Positions 44,651 through 54,410 of a stretch of 64,000 nucleotides of DNA are shown in pieces. Both the position numbers and the translations under genes were made by a program. Position 1 is the stretch's first letter, and every line of letters starts with the position of its first letter. Origin of the DNA: Candidatus Harrisonbacteria bacterium (GTDB lineage Bacteria > Patescibacteriota > Minisyncoccia > UBA6257 > 02-FULL-45-10c); NCBI GenBank assembly GCA_016214655.1, contig JACROC010000005.1, forward strand, positions 131,078 to 195,077, given 5' to 3'. The notes beneath the pieces are model-generated. The model was not told the DNA's origin and searched no databases. It worked only from the letters and a program-made list of their open reading frames with translations.

Positions 44651-44896
44651 TTATTTGAGTCCCAATTTCGCTTCTACTCTTTTAAGTCTTCGCTCCAGCC
44701 CCTGAACCTCAAAACGAAAGGCGGCTTGGCTAACACGTAACTTGAGATCTTCTAATTCCATTTTGATAGCCGAAACTTCTTCGCGTAATAAAGCAATATC
44801 ATTTTCTACCTTATCAAATCTCCCAGACATTTCATCAAATCCTTTTTGTACCATTCTAGCCAATTTTTCAATTGTCATATCTTTTTTCTTAGCCAT
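44651..44896 (-). CDS. coiled-coil hypothetical protein
   Basis: 81-aa ORF with heptad-like periodicity. Confidence 0.4.
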   Translation of the reverse strand: MAKKKDMTIEKLARMVQKGFDEMSGRFDKVENDIALLREEVSAIKMELEDLKLRVSQAAFRFEVQGLERRLKRVEAKLGLK

Positions 44897-44986
44897 GCTG
44901 AAATTATATCATGACTAAACTTTAAAAACAAAAACCCGATCTATAAAAGCATCGGGCACCCAGTGAAACGCTGGGATTTTACATAT

Positions 44987-45208
44987 TTATCGAGCAATCT
45001 TCTGCTTAATACTTGAAACATCCAAATCAATACTGCTTATCTTTCGCTCAACATTGCTAAGCTTTTGTTCCGCACTGCAACTGGCCATCATAGTTATGAA
45101 AAGCCAAAATATGATCAGGCCATGACCCTTGTCAGACGCCTCCTTCTTAACCTGGCCAATATCATCGCGAATATTCTTTAATTCCCTCCGCAGTTCACTG
45201 TCGTCCAT
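44987..45208 (-). CDS. hypothetical small membrane protein
   Basis: 73-aa ORF with one TM helix, followed by a terminator (CCCGATgcttttatagATCGGGTTTTT). Confidence 0.35.
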   Translation of the reverse strand: MDDSELRRELKNIRDDIGQVKKEASDKGHGLIIFWLFITMMASCSAEQKLSNVERKISSIDLDVSSIKQKIAR

Positions 45209-45257
45209 TGCTCCCCCTGGTTAAATTCAACCTAGGATGATAATAACATATGAATCC

Positions 45258-47132
45258 TTATTTTGTCAAGCGATTCCAGTAATACCAATTCAGAACATCT
45301 TTACCCACCGGAACTGCGTTCAAGCTCCCCTCTTTGGCATTTTCAATAAGAACTAAAATCGCGATCTGCGGATTATCTGCCGGCGCATAAGCAACAAAAA
45401 AAGCGTTTGTCCTGGTATTGTTGGCAACCTGGGAGCTGCCGGTCTTACCGGCAACGCTAATTGGAAGATCAGCAAGCAGGTGCGCGGTGCCGTATGGTTT
45501 ACGCACTGTATCTTTCATGCCCTCCCGCACCTCCTTCAGATAATTCCCTAAGTAAGAAAAATCCCTTGATAATTCCGGCTGAACTTCTCGCAAAACCATA
45601 TCTTCTTTTCCCTTTTCGCTTTTTACTATCTTCTTAATGATGTGCGGCTTAAAATACTTTCCCCCGTCTGCGAACGACGCAATATAAGCGATAAGCTGAA
45701 TCGGGGTCACCTGAAAATCTCCCTGGCCGATTGAAACGTTATAAGTATCGCCAAGCCGCCAAATATCTTTGGTGCGAATTTCTTTTTCTTCCGGATCAGG
45801 CAGAAAACCAACGCTCTCTGCGTCAAGATCAATGCCGGTTTTCTCTCCAAAACCGAACTTCTGCCAATATTCTTTTAATTTGTCAATGCCCAGACCTTTT
45901 ATACTTTCAGATCCCTGACCAGGCAGACCGCCGCCGACTTCATAAAAATACACATTACTGGAACGGGCGATCGCCGACCGTAAATCAACCCAGCCATGCG
46001 CCTTCCAATCAAGGAAACGGCCTGGCTGATCGGGAAAATAAGGATTGGGGATTTCTATAAAACCAGCAGAGTAAATTTGTTTTTGGGGAGTAATCACCTG
46101 CTCATTCAGCGCCGCCAGCGCCACCATCGGCTTTACAGTTGACCCAGGAGTGTACACGCCGGAAACCGCCCGGTTAAAAAGCGGCTCAAAAGATGCATTC
46201 AATAATGCGGCCCGCTTTTTACTTTCCTCAGTTCTAGTAAATACGTTATTATCAAAACTGGGCGCGTTTACCATAGCCAGAACTTCTCCGTTTTGCGGAT
46301 TAAGCGCAATTCCGACTCCCGCATTTCGGCCCAAAGAGCGCAAGGCTTCGCTCAAGCGATTATAAAAATATTCCTGCAAACCAGCGTCAATCGTCGTATA
46401 AACATGCGCGCCGTTTTTCGGCTCATCTAATAATTTTTCATCTAAAATATTTCCCCTCGCATCGCGATACATCAGCCGTACTCCATCTGACCCGGACAAA
46501 ACTTCATCGTAATATTTTTCCAGCCCTGCTTTGCCGCGCAGATCGTTAAATTTTGCGAGCCCGGTGTAGCCAAGCACATGCGAAAATGCCGGACCTTTAA
46601 TATAATTCCTCCGGTAATCATCCTGTATTTCCAGAGCTTTAACTTTAATCTTTTTAATTGCCTCCACTTGTTCACTGGATAAATTGCGTCCCAAAGTTAT
46701 CAAACCGCTTTTTTCCAAATCAGCTTTAGTAACGGCAGATAAAAGCTCGGCTTTATCTATTTCTAAAACCTCAGACAGATCTTCAAGAACCGTATCTAAA
46801 TCAAAGCTATCCCTTTTTGCCAAGCCCACATTTAACACGACCCGATAAGAAGATTCGTTCCCAGCTAACAATTCACCAAACCGATCATGAATAGATCCGC
46901 GAATTGCAGGGATGGTAATCGGATCTTCTACGTTCATATCTGCACGAGTTTTATAAAAATCCCCTCTTTCTCCTGCTAAATAGAAAACCCGCAACAAAAC
47001 AATACCGCTAAGAACAACTGCAGTAACACCCAAAAGCTGAAAAGTTTGCCTGGAAAGAGGCAACTCCAAAACTTCATAATGTTTCGTATTGCTTTCTATT
47101 ATGGCATGCTCTAAATCAAATTCGTCTCGCAT
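45258..47132 (-). CDS. mrdA: penicillin-binding protein 2 (elongasome transpeptidase)
   Basis: N-terminal TM helix, and the SxxK (GSTVKP), SxN (SSN) and KTG (GKTGSS) motifs. Confidence 0.85.
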   Translation of the reverse strand: MRDEFDLEHAIIESNTKHYEVLELPLSRQTFQLLGVTAVVLSGIVLLRVFYLAGERGDFYKTRADMNVEDPITIPAIRGSIHDRFGELLAGNESSYRVVLNVGLAKRDSFDLDTVLEDLSEVLEIDKAELLSAVTKADLEKSGLITLGRNLSSEQVEAIKKIKVKALEIQDDYRRNYIKGPAFSHVLGYTGLAKFNDLRGKAGLEKYYDEVLSGSDGVRLMYRDARGNILDEKLLDEPKNGAHVYTTIDAGLQEYFYNRLSEALRSLGRNAGVGIALNPQNGEVLAMVNAPSFDNNVFTRTEESKKRAALLNASFEPLFNRAVSGVYTPGSTVKPMVALAALNEQVITPQKQIYSAGFIEIPNPYFPDQPGRFLDWKAHGWVDLRSAIARSSNVYFYEVGGGLPGQGSESIKGLGIDKLKEYWQKFGFGEKTGIDLDAESVGFLPDPEEKEIRTKDIWRLGDTYNVSIGQGDFQVTPIQLIAYIASFADGGKYFKPHIIKKIVKSEKGKEDMVLREVQPELSRDFSYLGNYLKEVREGMKDTVRKPYGTAHLLADLPISVAGKTGSSQVANNTRTNAFFVAYAPADNPQIAILVLIENAKEGSLNAVPVGKDVLNWYYWNRLTK

Positions 47133-47151
47133 AATGTCGTTGTTAGTTTAA

Positions 47152-47430
47152 AACAAAAAAGCCCCTCTTTAAAGGGGCTCTCGGGTATTTTAATAAACCG
47201 CATTAAAACCCTACCTATTTATCTGCCGGCACCGGCGTTCGTCCCGTCCAGCGCGGGACGCCGCCCATGTCTCGGCGCCAAAAACCTGGTTTTGCTAAAG
47301 CAAAAACTCCGCTTCGCGGAGTACGGTTCCTAGCTTTTGGCGCCTCCGAAATTGCCGTACAACAAACAGATAGGGTTTCTAAAGAATTTCTATTTCGGTT
47401 TAATAAAATAACCTCACTTAACTATATAAA
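47152..47430 (-). ncRNA. candidate GC-rich structured RNA upstream of mrdA (family unknown)
   Basis: The minus strand has GGCGCCAAAA...UUUUUGGCGCC enclosing CUCCGC-GAA-GCGGAG and UUUUGC-UUUA-GCAAAA. It also has GGCG-UCCCG-N7-CGGGA-CGAA-CGCC and the long-range pairing CCGAAAU/AUUUCGG. It ends in the terminator GCCCCUuuaaagAGGGGCUUUUUUGUUUU (47152-47179). Confidence 0.3.
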
Positions 47431-47466
47431 AAGCCCTCACAAAGAAGGCTTTCAGACAATTACCGC

Positions 47467-48210
47467 TTACCTAAGGACGCTTTCTAGATTTCTAAGCAAT
47501 CGCAGACCCTGACCAGCGCGAACGGGATTGGCATTTTTAAAATTATTTATTAGAGTTCCAAAAAGTTTGGAAATACGAACCCGTTCTCTCTTATCTACGC
47601 CACGCCAACGCTTACGAAAAGATTTTGATTGAGCTAAAATCTTTAAGGCATTAGTCCTTTTTGCTAGTCCCCACAATAACTCAAAAATTTTCTTATCAAT
47701 CTTATCAATAAATGCATGGTCAAGTTTCTCATCCAATGTTTCATCTCCTTCCACCTTTACACAATTAGGACAAACATAAATTGTTTGACCGACAGATTCC
47801 CCGAAATCCGGCATCACCAACCCTCCATAATGATAAGGATAATGACTTTGCCTCAACTCTGTTTCTACAAATTGAACGGGCGGTTGCGGGTTTAATTTTT
47901 CGCCAGAATAAGTGGGGTTTGCCACCTCCATCGGTCTAATTTCAAACAATCTGGCGTTTGACAATTTTTCAGCCAATTTTGCATCTAGCGGTGGCCAATG
48001 CGGTTCAATACATGCACGGGCATCCAGAGATTGACCACCGTGGCCGTAGTCTGGCCTATAAACGCGAAATTTTAACGGGTCGCCATTACAAATAAAACAC
48101 GGAATCTCGCGCCTATCACCAAAGCCTGTCGAATCTAGCGCCATATGATATATCCTCATATTCTTTAAATGTTCTGAACAGAGCTTAACAACGATTATAG
48201 ATTTTGTCAA
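47467..48210 (-). CDS. hypothetical protein with two CxxC pairs
   Basis: 247-aa ORF with PCFICNG and YVCPNCVK. No family is recognised and the start is uncertain. Confidence 0.5.
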   Translation of the reverse strand: MTKSIIVVKLCSEHLKNMRIYHMALDSTGFGDRREIPCFICNGDPLKFRVYRPDYGHGGQSLDARACIEPHWPPLDAKLAEKLSNARLFEIRPMEVANPTYSGEKLNPQPPVQFVETELRQSHYPYHYGGLVMPDFGESVGQTIYVCPNCVKVEGDETLDEKLDHAFIDKIDKKIFELLWGLAKRTNALKILAQSKSFRKRWRGVDKRERVRISKLFGTLINNFKNANPVRAGQGLRLLRNLESVLR

Positions 48211-48246
48211 TAATCAAAAAACGAAAACCCCTCGGTTAAAGGGGTG

Positions 48247-48336
48247 TTAATCTCCAAAAATCAGCCAATAGAGAAAAGTAGATGCGACTGAGATCAAAAC
48301 CGCGACAGAACTAAAGACAATCAGTTCTTTCCACAT
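48247..48336 (-). CDS. candidate 29-aa single-TM peptide
   Basis: MWKELIVFSSVAVLISVASTFLYWLIFGD, preceded by AAAGGGGA and followed by the terminator CCCCTTTAACCGAGGGGTTTTCGTTTTTT. It is not in the ORF track because it is too short. Confidence 0.3.
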   Translation of the reverse strand: MWKELIVFSSVAVLISVASTFLYWLIFGD

Positions 48337-48395
48337 TCAATCTTCCCCTTTCATGAACCAAATATATAATACAATATTTTAACTAAAAAAGCAAC

Positions 48396-49445
48396 TTAGA
48401 TCTTTATATCGCGAGGCCGTAAAGGATTGTTGACTACTTGGTAGTACTTATCAAATTGCTCAACTGCAATGCCGCAGCCGCGAACTACGGCGGTAAGCGG
48501 GTCGTCAATAATTCTCACCGGAACCATCAATTCTTTTTCTAATAATTTATCTAGTCCCCTCAACAGCGATCCGCCGCCGCACATATGAATTCCATTTTTC
48601 AAAATATCGCCGACCAATTCCGGCGGAGTTGCCTCAATAACTTCCCGGATAGATTCCAACATTATTCTTAACGAGCGGGCTAACGCAGTCCGAACGTGTG
48701 TTTCTTTTAGTAAAACTTCTTTAGGAAGACCAGTAGCCATATCCCGTCCCCGGATAGCCATTTCCAATTTCTGATCAACCGGCAAAGCACTGCCAATCGT
48801 AATTTTCACCTCTTCCGCAGTCGGCTCGCCAATAGCTAATTTAAATTCGTCACGGACAAACCTGATAATATCATCATTTAACTTGTCACCTGCTAACTTT
48901 AGGCTCTTAGAAGTAACAATGCCACCCATGGAAATAATGGCAATTTCCGTAGTGCCGCCGCCAATATCAATAACCGCGTTAGCAGTTGGAGCGTCGATCG
49001 GCAATCTGGCTCCAATCGCTGCCGCTAACGGTTCTTCTAATACATAGGCTTTATTCGCACCAGCGCCAATAACCGCGTCTTCCACAGATTTTCTTTCTAC
49101 TTCGGTTAAATTGCTAGGCGCGCCAATCACAGCGCGATGATAATGAAAAAGACTATTAGTAGCTCCAATTTTCCTAAAAAAATACTTCAACATTTCCTGA
49201 GTCATTTCAAAATCAGAAATAACCCCGTTAATCAGCGGGCGGATAACAGTAATATGCGCCGGGGTCCGTCCAACCATTTTTTTTGCTTCATCGCCAATTG
49301 CCAGCACTTGGCCGGTCTTATTGTTTACTGCGGCAACTGACGGCTCGCTGATGACAATTCCGCGACCGGCTACATAAACCAGCGAATTGGCGGTTCCCAA
49401 ATCAACTCCGATACTTTTTGAAAAATAATTGGATAAATTTGCCAT
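48396..49445 (-). CDS. mreB: rod-shape-determining actin homolog MreB
   Basis: IGVDLGTANS, DIGGGTTE and CGGGSLL phosphate/adenosine motifs. Confidence 0.9.
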   Translation of the reverse strand: MANLSNYFSKSIGVDLGTANSLVYVAGRGIVISEPSVAAVNNKTGQVLAIGDEAKKMVGRTPAHITVIRPLINGVISDFEMTQEMLKYFFRKIGATNSLFHYHRAVIGAPSNLTEVERKSVEDAVIGAGANKAYVLEEPLAAAIGARLPIDAPTANAVIDIGGGTTEIAIISMGGIVTSKSLKLAGDKLNDDIIRFVRDEFKLAIGEPTAEEVKITIGSALPVDQKLEMAIRGRDMATGLPKEVLLKETHVRTALARSLRIMLESIREVIEATPPELVGDILKNGIHMCGGGSLLRGLDKLLEKELMVPVRIIDDPLTAVVRGCGIAVEQFDKYYQVVNNPLRPRDIKI

Positions 49446-49449
49446 GAAA

Positions 49450-49659
49450 TTATTCTCCGCTTTCTTCTTCAGATCCCTTAAATCCGGCTGCTGGCTGACG
49501 CCCTTCTATTGGCAAACCGGTTCCAAAATGTTTCCGTCCCCGGAGACGCGGGTTATTTTTCTGCAGCTTCTTCTCCGCAAGCGTCCTTATCTCCTCTAAA
49601 GTTTTTTCGTAGTCCAATTTTTTTGGATTTTTTTCTTTTTTAAATTTAGGATTTTCCAT
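49450..49659 (-). CDS. hypothetical basic protein
   Basis: 69-aa ORF in an operon between proS and mreB. Confidence 0.35.
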   Translation of the reverse strand: MENPKFKKEKNPKKLDYEKTLEEIRTLAEKKLQKNNPRLRGRKHFGTGLPIEGRQPAAGFKGSEEESGE

Positions 49660-49660
49660 T

Positions 49661-50914
49661 TTATGCCGCTAGTTTAAAAAACTCCTTAATACTCACCAAT
49701 TTAGCAGTTTTTTCCGATCGCCTTTTTACTTCAACCCTTTTTTCCGCCATAGTCTTCTCGCTAACTACTATCCTCCACGGCGCGCCTAAAAGATCGGCGT
49801 CATTAAGTTTCTCTCCCGCCGATGCATTTCTTTCGTCATATAATACCTCCAGTTCCCCGAAATGTCTAACCAAGTTTTCATAAGTCTTATCGGCTTCTTT
49901 TTGTGCCTTGGCTGAATCTCCAAGAACGATTAAATGAACCTTGAAAGAAGCAACTGAATCCGGCCAAATAATGCCTTTTTCATCATTGTATTCTTCAACT
50001 AATGTTCCCATTAATCTGGTCGGGCCAATGCCGTAAGAACCCATAACTACCATTTTTTTCTCCCCATTCTGATCAAGATAATTCAAGTTAAAGTCTTTGG
50101 AAAATTTCGTGCCTAAACGAAAAACATTGGCGACTTCAATCCCCCGATCTGATTTAACAACGCCCCCGCACTTCGGACATTTTCCGCCTTCCGCAACTTG
50201 CGTAATTTCTTTATTTTGAGCCCAGTCACATTTCTCGCAATGCATAACCGTATCCTCGCCGGCAGAATTTAAAACTTGAAATTCGTGAGTAAACTCTTTA
50301 GTAAATGCGCCGCCGCTGGCTTCGGTAACCAATGCCTTAAGGCATAACCGGTCCATTATTTTTTTATAAGCGTCAATTACCTTCCGGTAAAAATCGTTTA
50401 AATCTTTTTCATCCAGATGAAAACTATATAAATCTTTCATCAGAAACTCTCTGCCGCGCAAAAGTCCCGCCTGAGCTCTTGGTTCTGCCCGGAATTTTGT
50501 CTGAATCTGATAAACTGCCTTTGGCAAGTCCTTATAAGAATTAATAAAATGTTTTGCAATGGCGGAAATTACTTCTTCATGAGTCCATCCGAGTCCATAC
50601 TGCAAATCCTTCTCTGACTTTATCGTCTCACCGGTTTTATAAATTACATCAACGCCCCACCTTACAGACTGCTCCCAATATTTTTTCTGAACAAGCGATG
50701 GCATCAATAATTCCTCTCCGCCGATAGCATTCATTTCTTCCCGGATAATCTGATTAATCTTATTTAAAACCTTCAGCCCCAATGGCAGCATTGAATATAC
50801 GCCGGCAGAAGATTTATTAACAAAACCGCCCTTAGTTAAAAGCTGGGCATTTTTAGACTCCTCCCCCTCCGGGAGATTTTTAGTAGTCCGGCTGAATAAC
50901 TTGGATTGTAACAT
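49661..50914 (-). CDS. proS: prolyl-tRNA synthetase (compact form with a Zn-ribbon insert, no INS editing domain)
   Basis: Class II motifs (FRAEPRAQAGLLRGREFLMKD, GSYGIGPTR), a C-terminal anticodon-binding domain, and the insert CEKCDW...CPKCGG. Confidence 0.8.
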   Translation of the reverse strand: MLQSKLFSRTTKNLPEGEESKNAQLLTKGGFVNKSSAGVYSMLPLGLKVLNKINQIIREEMNAIGGEELLMPSLVQKKYWEQSVRWGVDVIYKTGETIKSEKDLQYGLGWTHEEVISAIAKHFINSYKDLPKAVYQIQTKFRAEPRAQAGLLRGREFLMKDLYSFHLDEKDLNDFYRKVIDAYKKIMDRLCLKALVTEASGGAFTKEFTHEFQVLNSAGEDTVMHCEKCDWAQNKEITQVAEGGKCPKCGGVVKSDRGIEVANVFRLGTKFSKDFNLNYLDQNGEKKMVVMGSYGIGPTRLMGTLVEEYNDEKGIIWPDSVASFKVHLIVLGDSAKAQKEADKTYENLVRHFGELEVLYDERNASAGEKLNDADLLGAPWRIVVSEKTMAEKRVEVKRRSEKTAKLVSIKEFFKLAA

Positions 50915-51948
50915 TACAGTAATGTTAATATATCTTTCACGGTTATCGCAAGAATAAGCAAAAGCAAAAATGCAAAGCCGGCGGCATTTACAATCATTTC
51001 TGTCCTTTGATTAATCGCCTTGCCTTTAATTTTTTCTATCAGCAAAAAAAACAATCTTCCGCCATCTAAGGCTGGTATCGGAATCACATTAAAAACGGCG
51101 AGATTCAAAGAAATCAAAGCTAGCAGCTGCAAAAAATGCGCCACTCCCAGTCTGGTACTCTGGATAGCGACATTCACTATACCAACCGGGCCTATAAAAC
51201 GCTCTAAAATACTGATGTCTGTAAAAATGCCGACAACCAGATCGATAATACCAACAAAAATGGCTCCCGTCATTTTAAGCGAAGTTTTCAAGCCGTCCCA
51301 AAAACTCCGGAAAAATCCGGTCTTCGGCAAACCGGATTCCACAATAAAGATCCCCAAATTACCCTCGCCTTCTGGGACATCAGCGCGAGGAATTACATTA
51401 ATGGTTAACTTTTCCTTACCTCGTTCGACATTCAAAATCATTTCTCCGCCCTTATTCTGTTCGACTGCCCCTAATAACTCCGGGATAAGCTTGAAATCAA
51501 CCAATCTATCGCCTTTTTGAATCCCAGCCAGCGCCGCAATACTGCCCTCCTTGATATCAGTAACCAAAACTGCCTGCGGAATACCAACCATAAAAACAAT
51601 GGTTATCAAAAGCCATCCCAGCAAAAAGTTCATCAAGACGCCGGCGACAATGATCAATGCTCGCTTAAAAATACTTTGATGGCTGAAGCTTCTCTGGACA
51701 TCCGCATAAGAAGTTTCATCCGCATGCCGCTCGCCGTAAATTTTTACGAAACCGCCAAACGGCAGCCAATTAAAACTGTAAATCGTCTCGCCGATTTTCT
51801 TGCCCCAAAAACGGGGCGGCAATCCAAAACCGAATTCTTCCACCAAAAGCCCGAACCACTTGGAGGCAAAAAAATGTCCGGCTTCATGAATAACTACTAA
51901 TACAGAAAGGCCGACAACTATTAAAATAACGGAAAGCACTTCAAACAT
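50914..51948 (-). CDS. rseP: RIP site-2 metalloprotease RseP
   Basis: HEAGHF zinc motif, a PDZ domain, and C-terminal NLLPIPALDGG. Confidence 0.85.
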   Translation of the reverse strand: MFEVLSVILIVVGLSVLVVIHEAGHFFASKWFGLLVEEFGFGLPPRFWGKKIGETIYSFNWLPFGGFVKIYGERHADETSYADVQRSFSHQSIFKRALIIVAGVLMNFLLGWLLITIVFMVGIPQAVLVTDIKEGSIAALAGIQKGDRLVDFKLIPELLGAVEQNKGGEMILNVERGKEKLTINVIPRADVPEGEGNLGIFIVESGLPKTGFFRSFWDGLKTSLKMTGAIFVGIIDLVVGIFTDISILERFIGPVGIVNVAIQSTRLGVAHFLQLLALISLNLAVFNVIPIPALDGGRLFFLLIEKIKGKAINQRTEMIVNAAGFAFLLLLILAITVKDILTLL

Positions 51949-51994
51949 TGCTTCTAATTATAACCTTGCCGCATTGATCTGGCTACATCAAAAA

Positions 51995-52021
51995 CAAAAT
52001 CCTCCTGGCACACAGGAGGAA
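51995..52021 (-). terminator. rho-independent terminator
   Basis: The minus strand reads UCCUCCUGugugcCAGGAGGAUUUUGUUUUU. Confidence 0.6.
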
Positions 52022-52029
52022 TAATCCTA

Positions 52030-53247
52030 TTAAGACAAGAGGAAGAGATATGTCTTAAAAACTTCGGGGCTACTCTTCACGTACATACAAAACCAATAAG
52101 TCAGTCCGGACATCACCAATCCCAACATCGCATAACCCCTCATACTTTCTACTGGTATCTCGGAAAGCTTCGTTAAAATGTAGAGAACAAAGAAAGTCCC
52201 TCCGATCTTCTGCAACTCGCCAATTCCATAAACTGAACCGAAGAACAGCGCCGCTACGCCCGCAGCAATAGTTATCATCTGAAACAGGATGTAATTGTAC
52301 CTCCGGTGGTCATACCACCGGGTAGAAGCAATCAAAAGACCCAGATAACCAACAAAACTGCCTAGAAAAAGAGAACCTCTTTCAAATATCTGAAACAATT
52401 GCGGATCTGCACCCGTCACTTTCACTGCCACGAAAAAAGTCAAAATAGCAAAAGCCACGGTTGTTGCCCGCCCCATAGCATCCTTATCATCAAATCCCAT
52501 TATTACTACAAACGGAAGAACAATCACCGCAAAACCAAGTAAGCCCATTAAGGCGCCGACAGAGATGAAACCGATAATCGCACTTTTATAAAGAAGTGCT
52601 ACGGCTGTCCATACCGCGAACAATATAGAAAAAACACCGGTAGGACTTCCTTTCCATTTACGGACACTGCGGGTAAAGAGCACTGCTCCGCCAAAACCAA
52701 GGCAACCAGTCAGTCCAACATATTGACCCACATCCGCTCCTAAGCTAGTGCCGTACCAAACCAGACCCAAACTCAACGCATAGAAAACTGATTCGTAAAG
52801 AATGGCAGGAATCTCCATTAACAACATCATTAAATCTTTAACAATCAATCCGAATAAATAAGAAAAACAAGCTACTCCGATGACAATTGCCAAGACCCAA
52901 AGGATATTTACAAAAGTGATCAGGCCAGCAAATCTCTGCAGCGGAGTAAGTTTTTGAACCGGCGCTAAAGTCGCATCTTCTAAAGAAAGTAAGTCTTCCA
53001 AAGATACCCGCTTCTTAACGAGTTTGGATGCTTGATCTAAATATTTCGCCGTGGCCAGAACTGACTCTTTCTGCGTGATTACTCCCGCGTCCGAAATTTC
53101 CTTAAGCACCAAAACAGACTGCTTCAGCGGAAGAAGCTGGCTGACTTCATATTCGCTAAATTGTGTTTTTTCCTGACCGGCAAAGCTATTACCGGTTATC
53201 AACAATAAAGCAATAAGCCACCCGCTCACTATCTGGATCGCCTTCAT
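52030..53247 (-). CDS. exported domain plus ~8-TM membrane protein
   Basis: 405 aa with a signal peptide, a ~100-aa soluble segment and a polytopic region. Confidence 0.5.
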   Translation of the reverse strand: MKAIQIVSGWLIALLLITGNSFAGQEKTQFSEYEVSQLLPLKQSVLVLKEISDAGVITQKESVLATAKYLDQASKLVKKRVSLEDLLSLEDATLAPVQKLTPLQRFAGLITFVNILWVLAIVIGVACFSYLFGLIVKDLMMLLMEIPAILYESVFYALSLGLVWYGTSLGADVGQYVGLTGCLGFGGAVLFTRSVRKWKGSPTGVFSILFAVWTAVALLYKSAIIGFISVGALMGLLGFAVIVLPFVVIMGFDDKDAMGRATTVAFAILTFFVAVKVTGADPQLFQIFERGSLFLGSFVGYLGLLIASTRWYDHRRYNYILFQMITIAAGVAALFFGSVYGIGELQKIGGTFFVLYILTKLSEIPVESMRGYAMLGLVMSGLTYWFCMYVKSSPEVFKTYLFLLS

Positions 53248-53388
53248 CGACTACCTCCTCTCAGTTTTCAACCGAGCTATCAACTCTGTTCTGGCTAGAT
53301 ATTATCATATAATTCTTCAGTTGTCAAAAATAAAAAACTGTGGTAATATACAAAACATTCACTTTAACAACCCGCGGAAAGGAGAAAT

Positions 53389-53712
53389 ATGATCCCAATC
53401 GAACCAAAATGGCTTTCTGCCCTGCCAGTTGTTGGTAACGATGTCAAAGTCCTTTTAAAAACCGGCGGCTATCTCCGCTCACCCCAAGCTCGAATCCGTC
53501 ATGACACCGTAAAACTTCATGTCGAGACTATTTCGACACCCCATACAACCAATAAATATCCCTATATTAGGCACACCGCCGAACTGCCAATTTCACTTTT
53601 ATTACTAATTCGGTTCACGGATCAAAATAACGAAATACAAACTCTAAGAAGTCCTTGTGTTGATTCAATTATCGATCTCGAATCACAAAATTTACAACTT
53701 ATAACATTATAA
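53389..53712 (+). CDS. hypothetical protein
   Basis: 107-aa ORF with AAAGGAGA 5 nt upstream of the ATG. Confidence 0.4.
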   Translation: MIPIEPKWLSALPVVGNDVKVLLKTGGYLRSPQARIRHDTVKLHVETISTPHTTNKYPYIRHTAELPISLLLLIRFTDQNNEIQTLRSPCVDSIIDLESQNLQLITL

Positions 53713-54247
53713 TTTCTTTAATCTTATTTAGTAAAAGTATTTCGATTTCACTATTTATCTCATCTACTAATTTTTGAACCTCTTCTTTTTGCTTAAAAGC
53801 CGCGTCCTCGGATAAATTTTTACCCTCCTCCATCTTTTTTATTTCTTTATTAGCCTCGTCCCGCGCGCCCCTTATCCTGATTCTAATTTCTTCCGTCATT
53901 TTGCGGACTACTTTTTCAAACTCCTTCTTACGCTCATCGGTTAAAGATGGGAGGTTAATTCTTATCAGATTGCCGTCAGTATTTGCCGGGACATTAAGAG
54001 ATGAGGTTTCAATGGCTTTTGCAACCGCAGCCACGACCGACTTATCCCAGACGCTTATCTGAATTTCCCGCGGCGGCACCACTGAAATAGAACCAAGCGC
54101 TTTCACCGGCATCTGCTGGCCATATACTTCAACTTTAATATCCTCCACCATCCGCGGAGACGGCCTCCCGCTCCGGATAGTCTGGAATTCGGTTCTAAGA
54201 GACTCCACTGCAGATTTTAATTTTTGTTCTAATGGTTTTAAGTCCAT
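53699..54247 (-). CDS. frr: ribosome recycling factor
   Basis: Full-length match to the RRF pattern (FQTIRSGRPSP, LNVPANTDGNLIRINLPSLTDERKKE). Confidence 0.9.
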   Translation of the reverse strand: MDLKPLEQKLKSAVESLRTEFQTIRSGRPSPRMVEDIKVEVYGQQMPVKALGSISVVPPREIQISVWDKSVVAAVAKAIETSSLNVPANTDGNLIRINLPSLTDERKKEFEKVVRKMTEEIRIRIRGARDEANKEIKKMEEGKNLSEDAAFKQKEEVQKLVDEINSEIEILLLNKIKEIIML

Positions 54248-54410
54248 TTTCTTATTTTAATTGATAAAAATTTTATTGTCATCAATACTTATCGCTTTAC
54301 CTGTTTATCTATCAACCACAAACTTTATTCAAATTCTGCCCAATAAACCAGCTAACCCTACTATCCTATCAGATAGCGATTCAAATATAATATAATTTTA
54401 AATTTTCTTT

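Noticed and set aside
47221-47300. I checked GC-rich segments such as GGCGTTCGTCCCGTCC for tRNA T-arm/cloverleaf structure. I also scanned the window by eye for GGTTCGAATCC-type T-loops.
   Set aside because: No acceptor/T-stem complementarity or cloverleaf could be built. I found no convincing tRNA or rRNA in the window, although an automated tRNA scan would be more reliable than reading by eye.
47267-47512. 81-aa plus-strand ORF in the mrdA upstream region
   Set aside because: It lies in a hairpin-dense GC-rich segment, has an Arg/Ser/Lys-rich improbable composition and no RBS, and overlaps the 3' end of the 247-aa gene. It is better explained as structured RNA on the minus strand.
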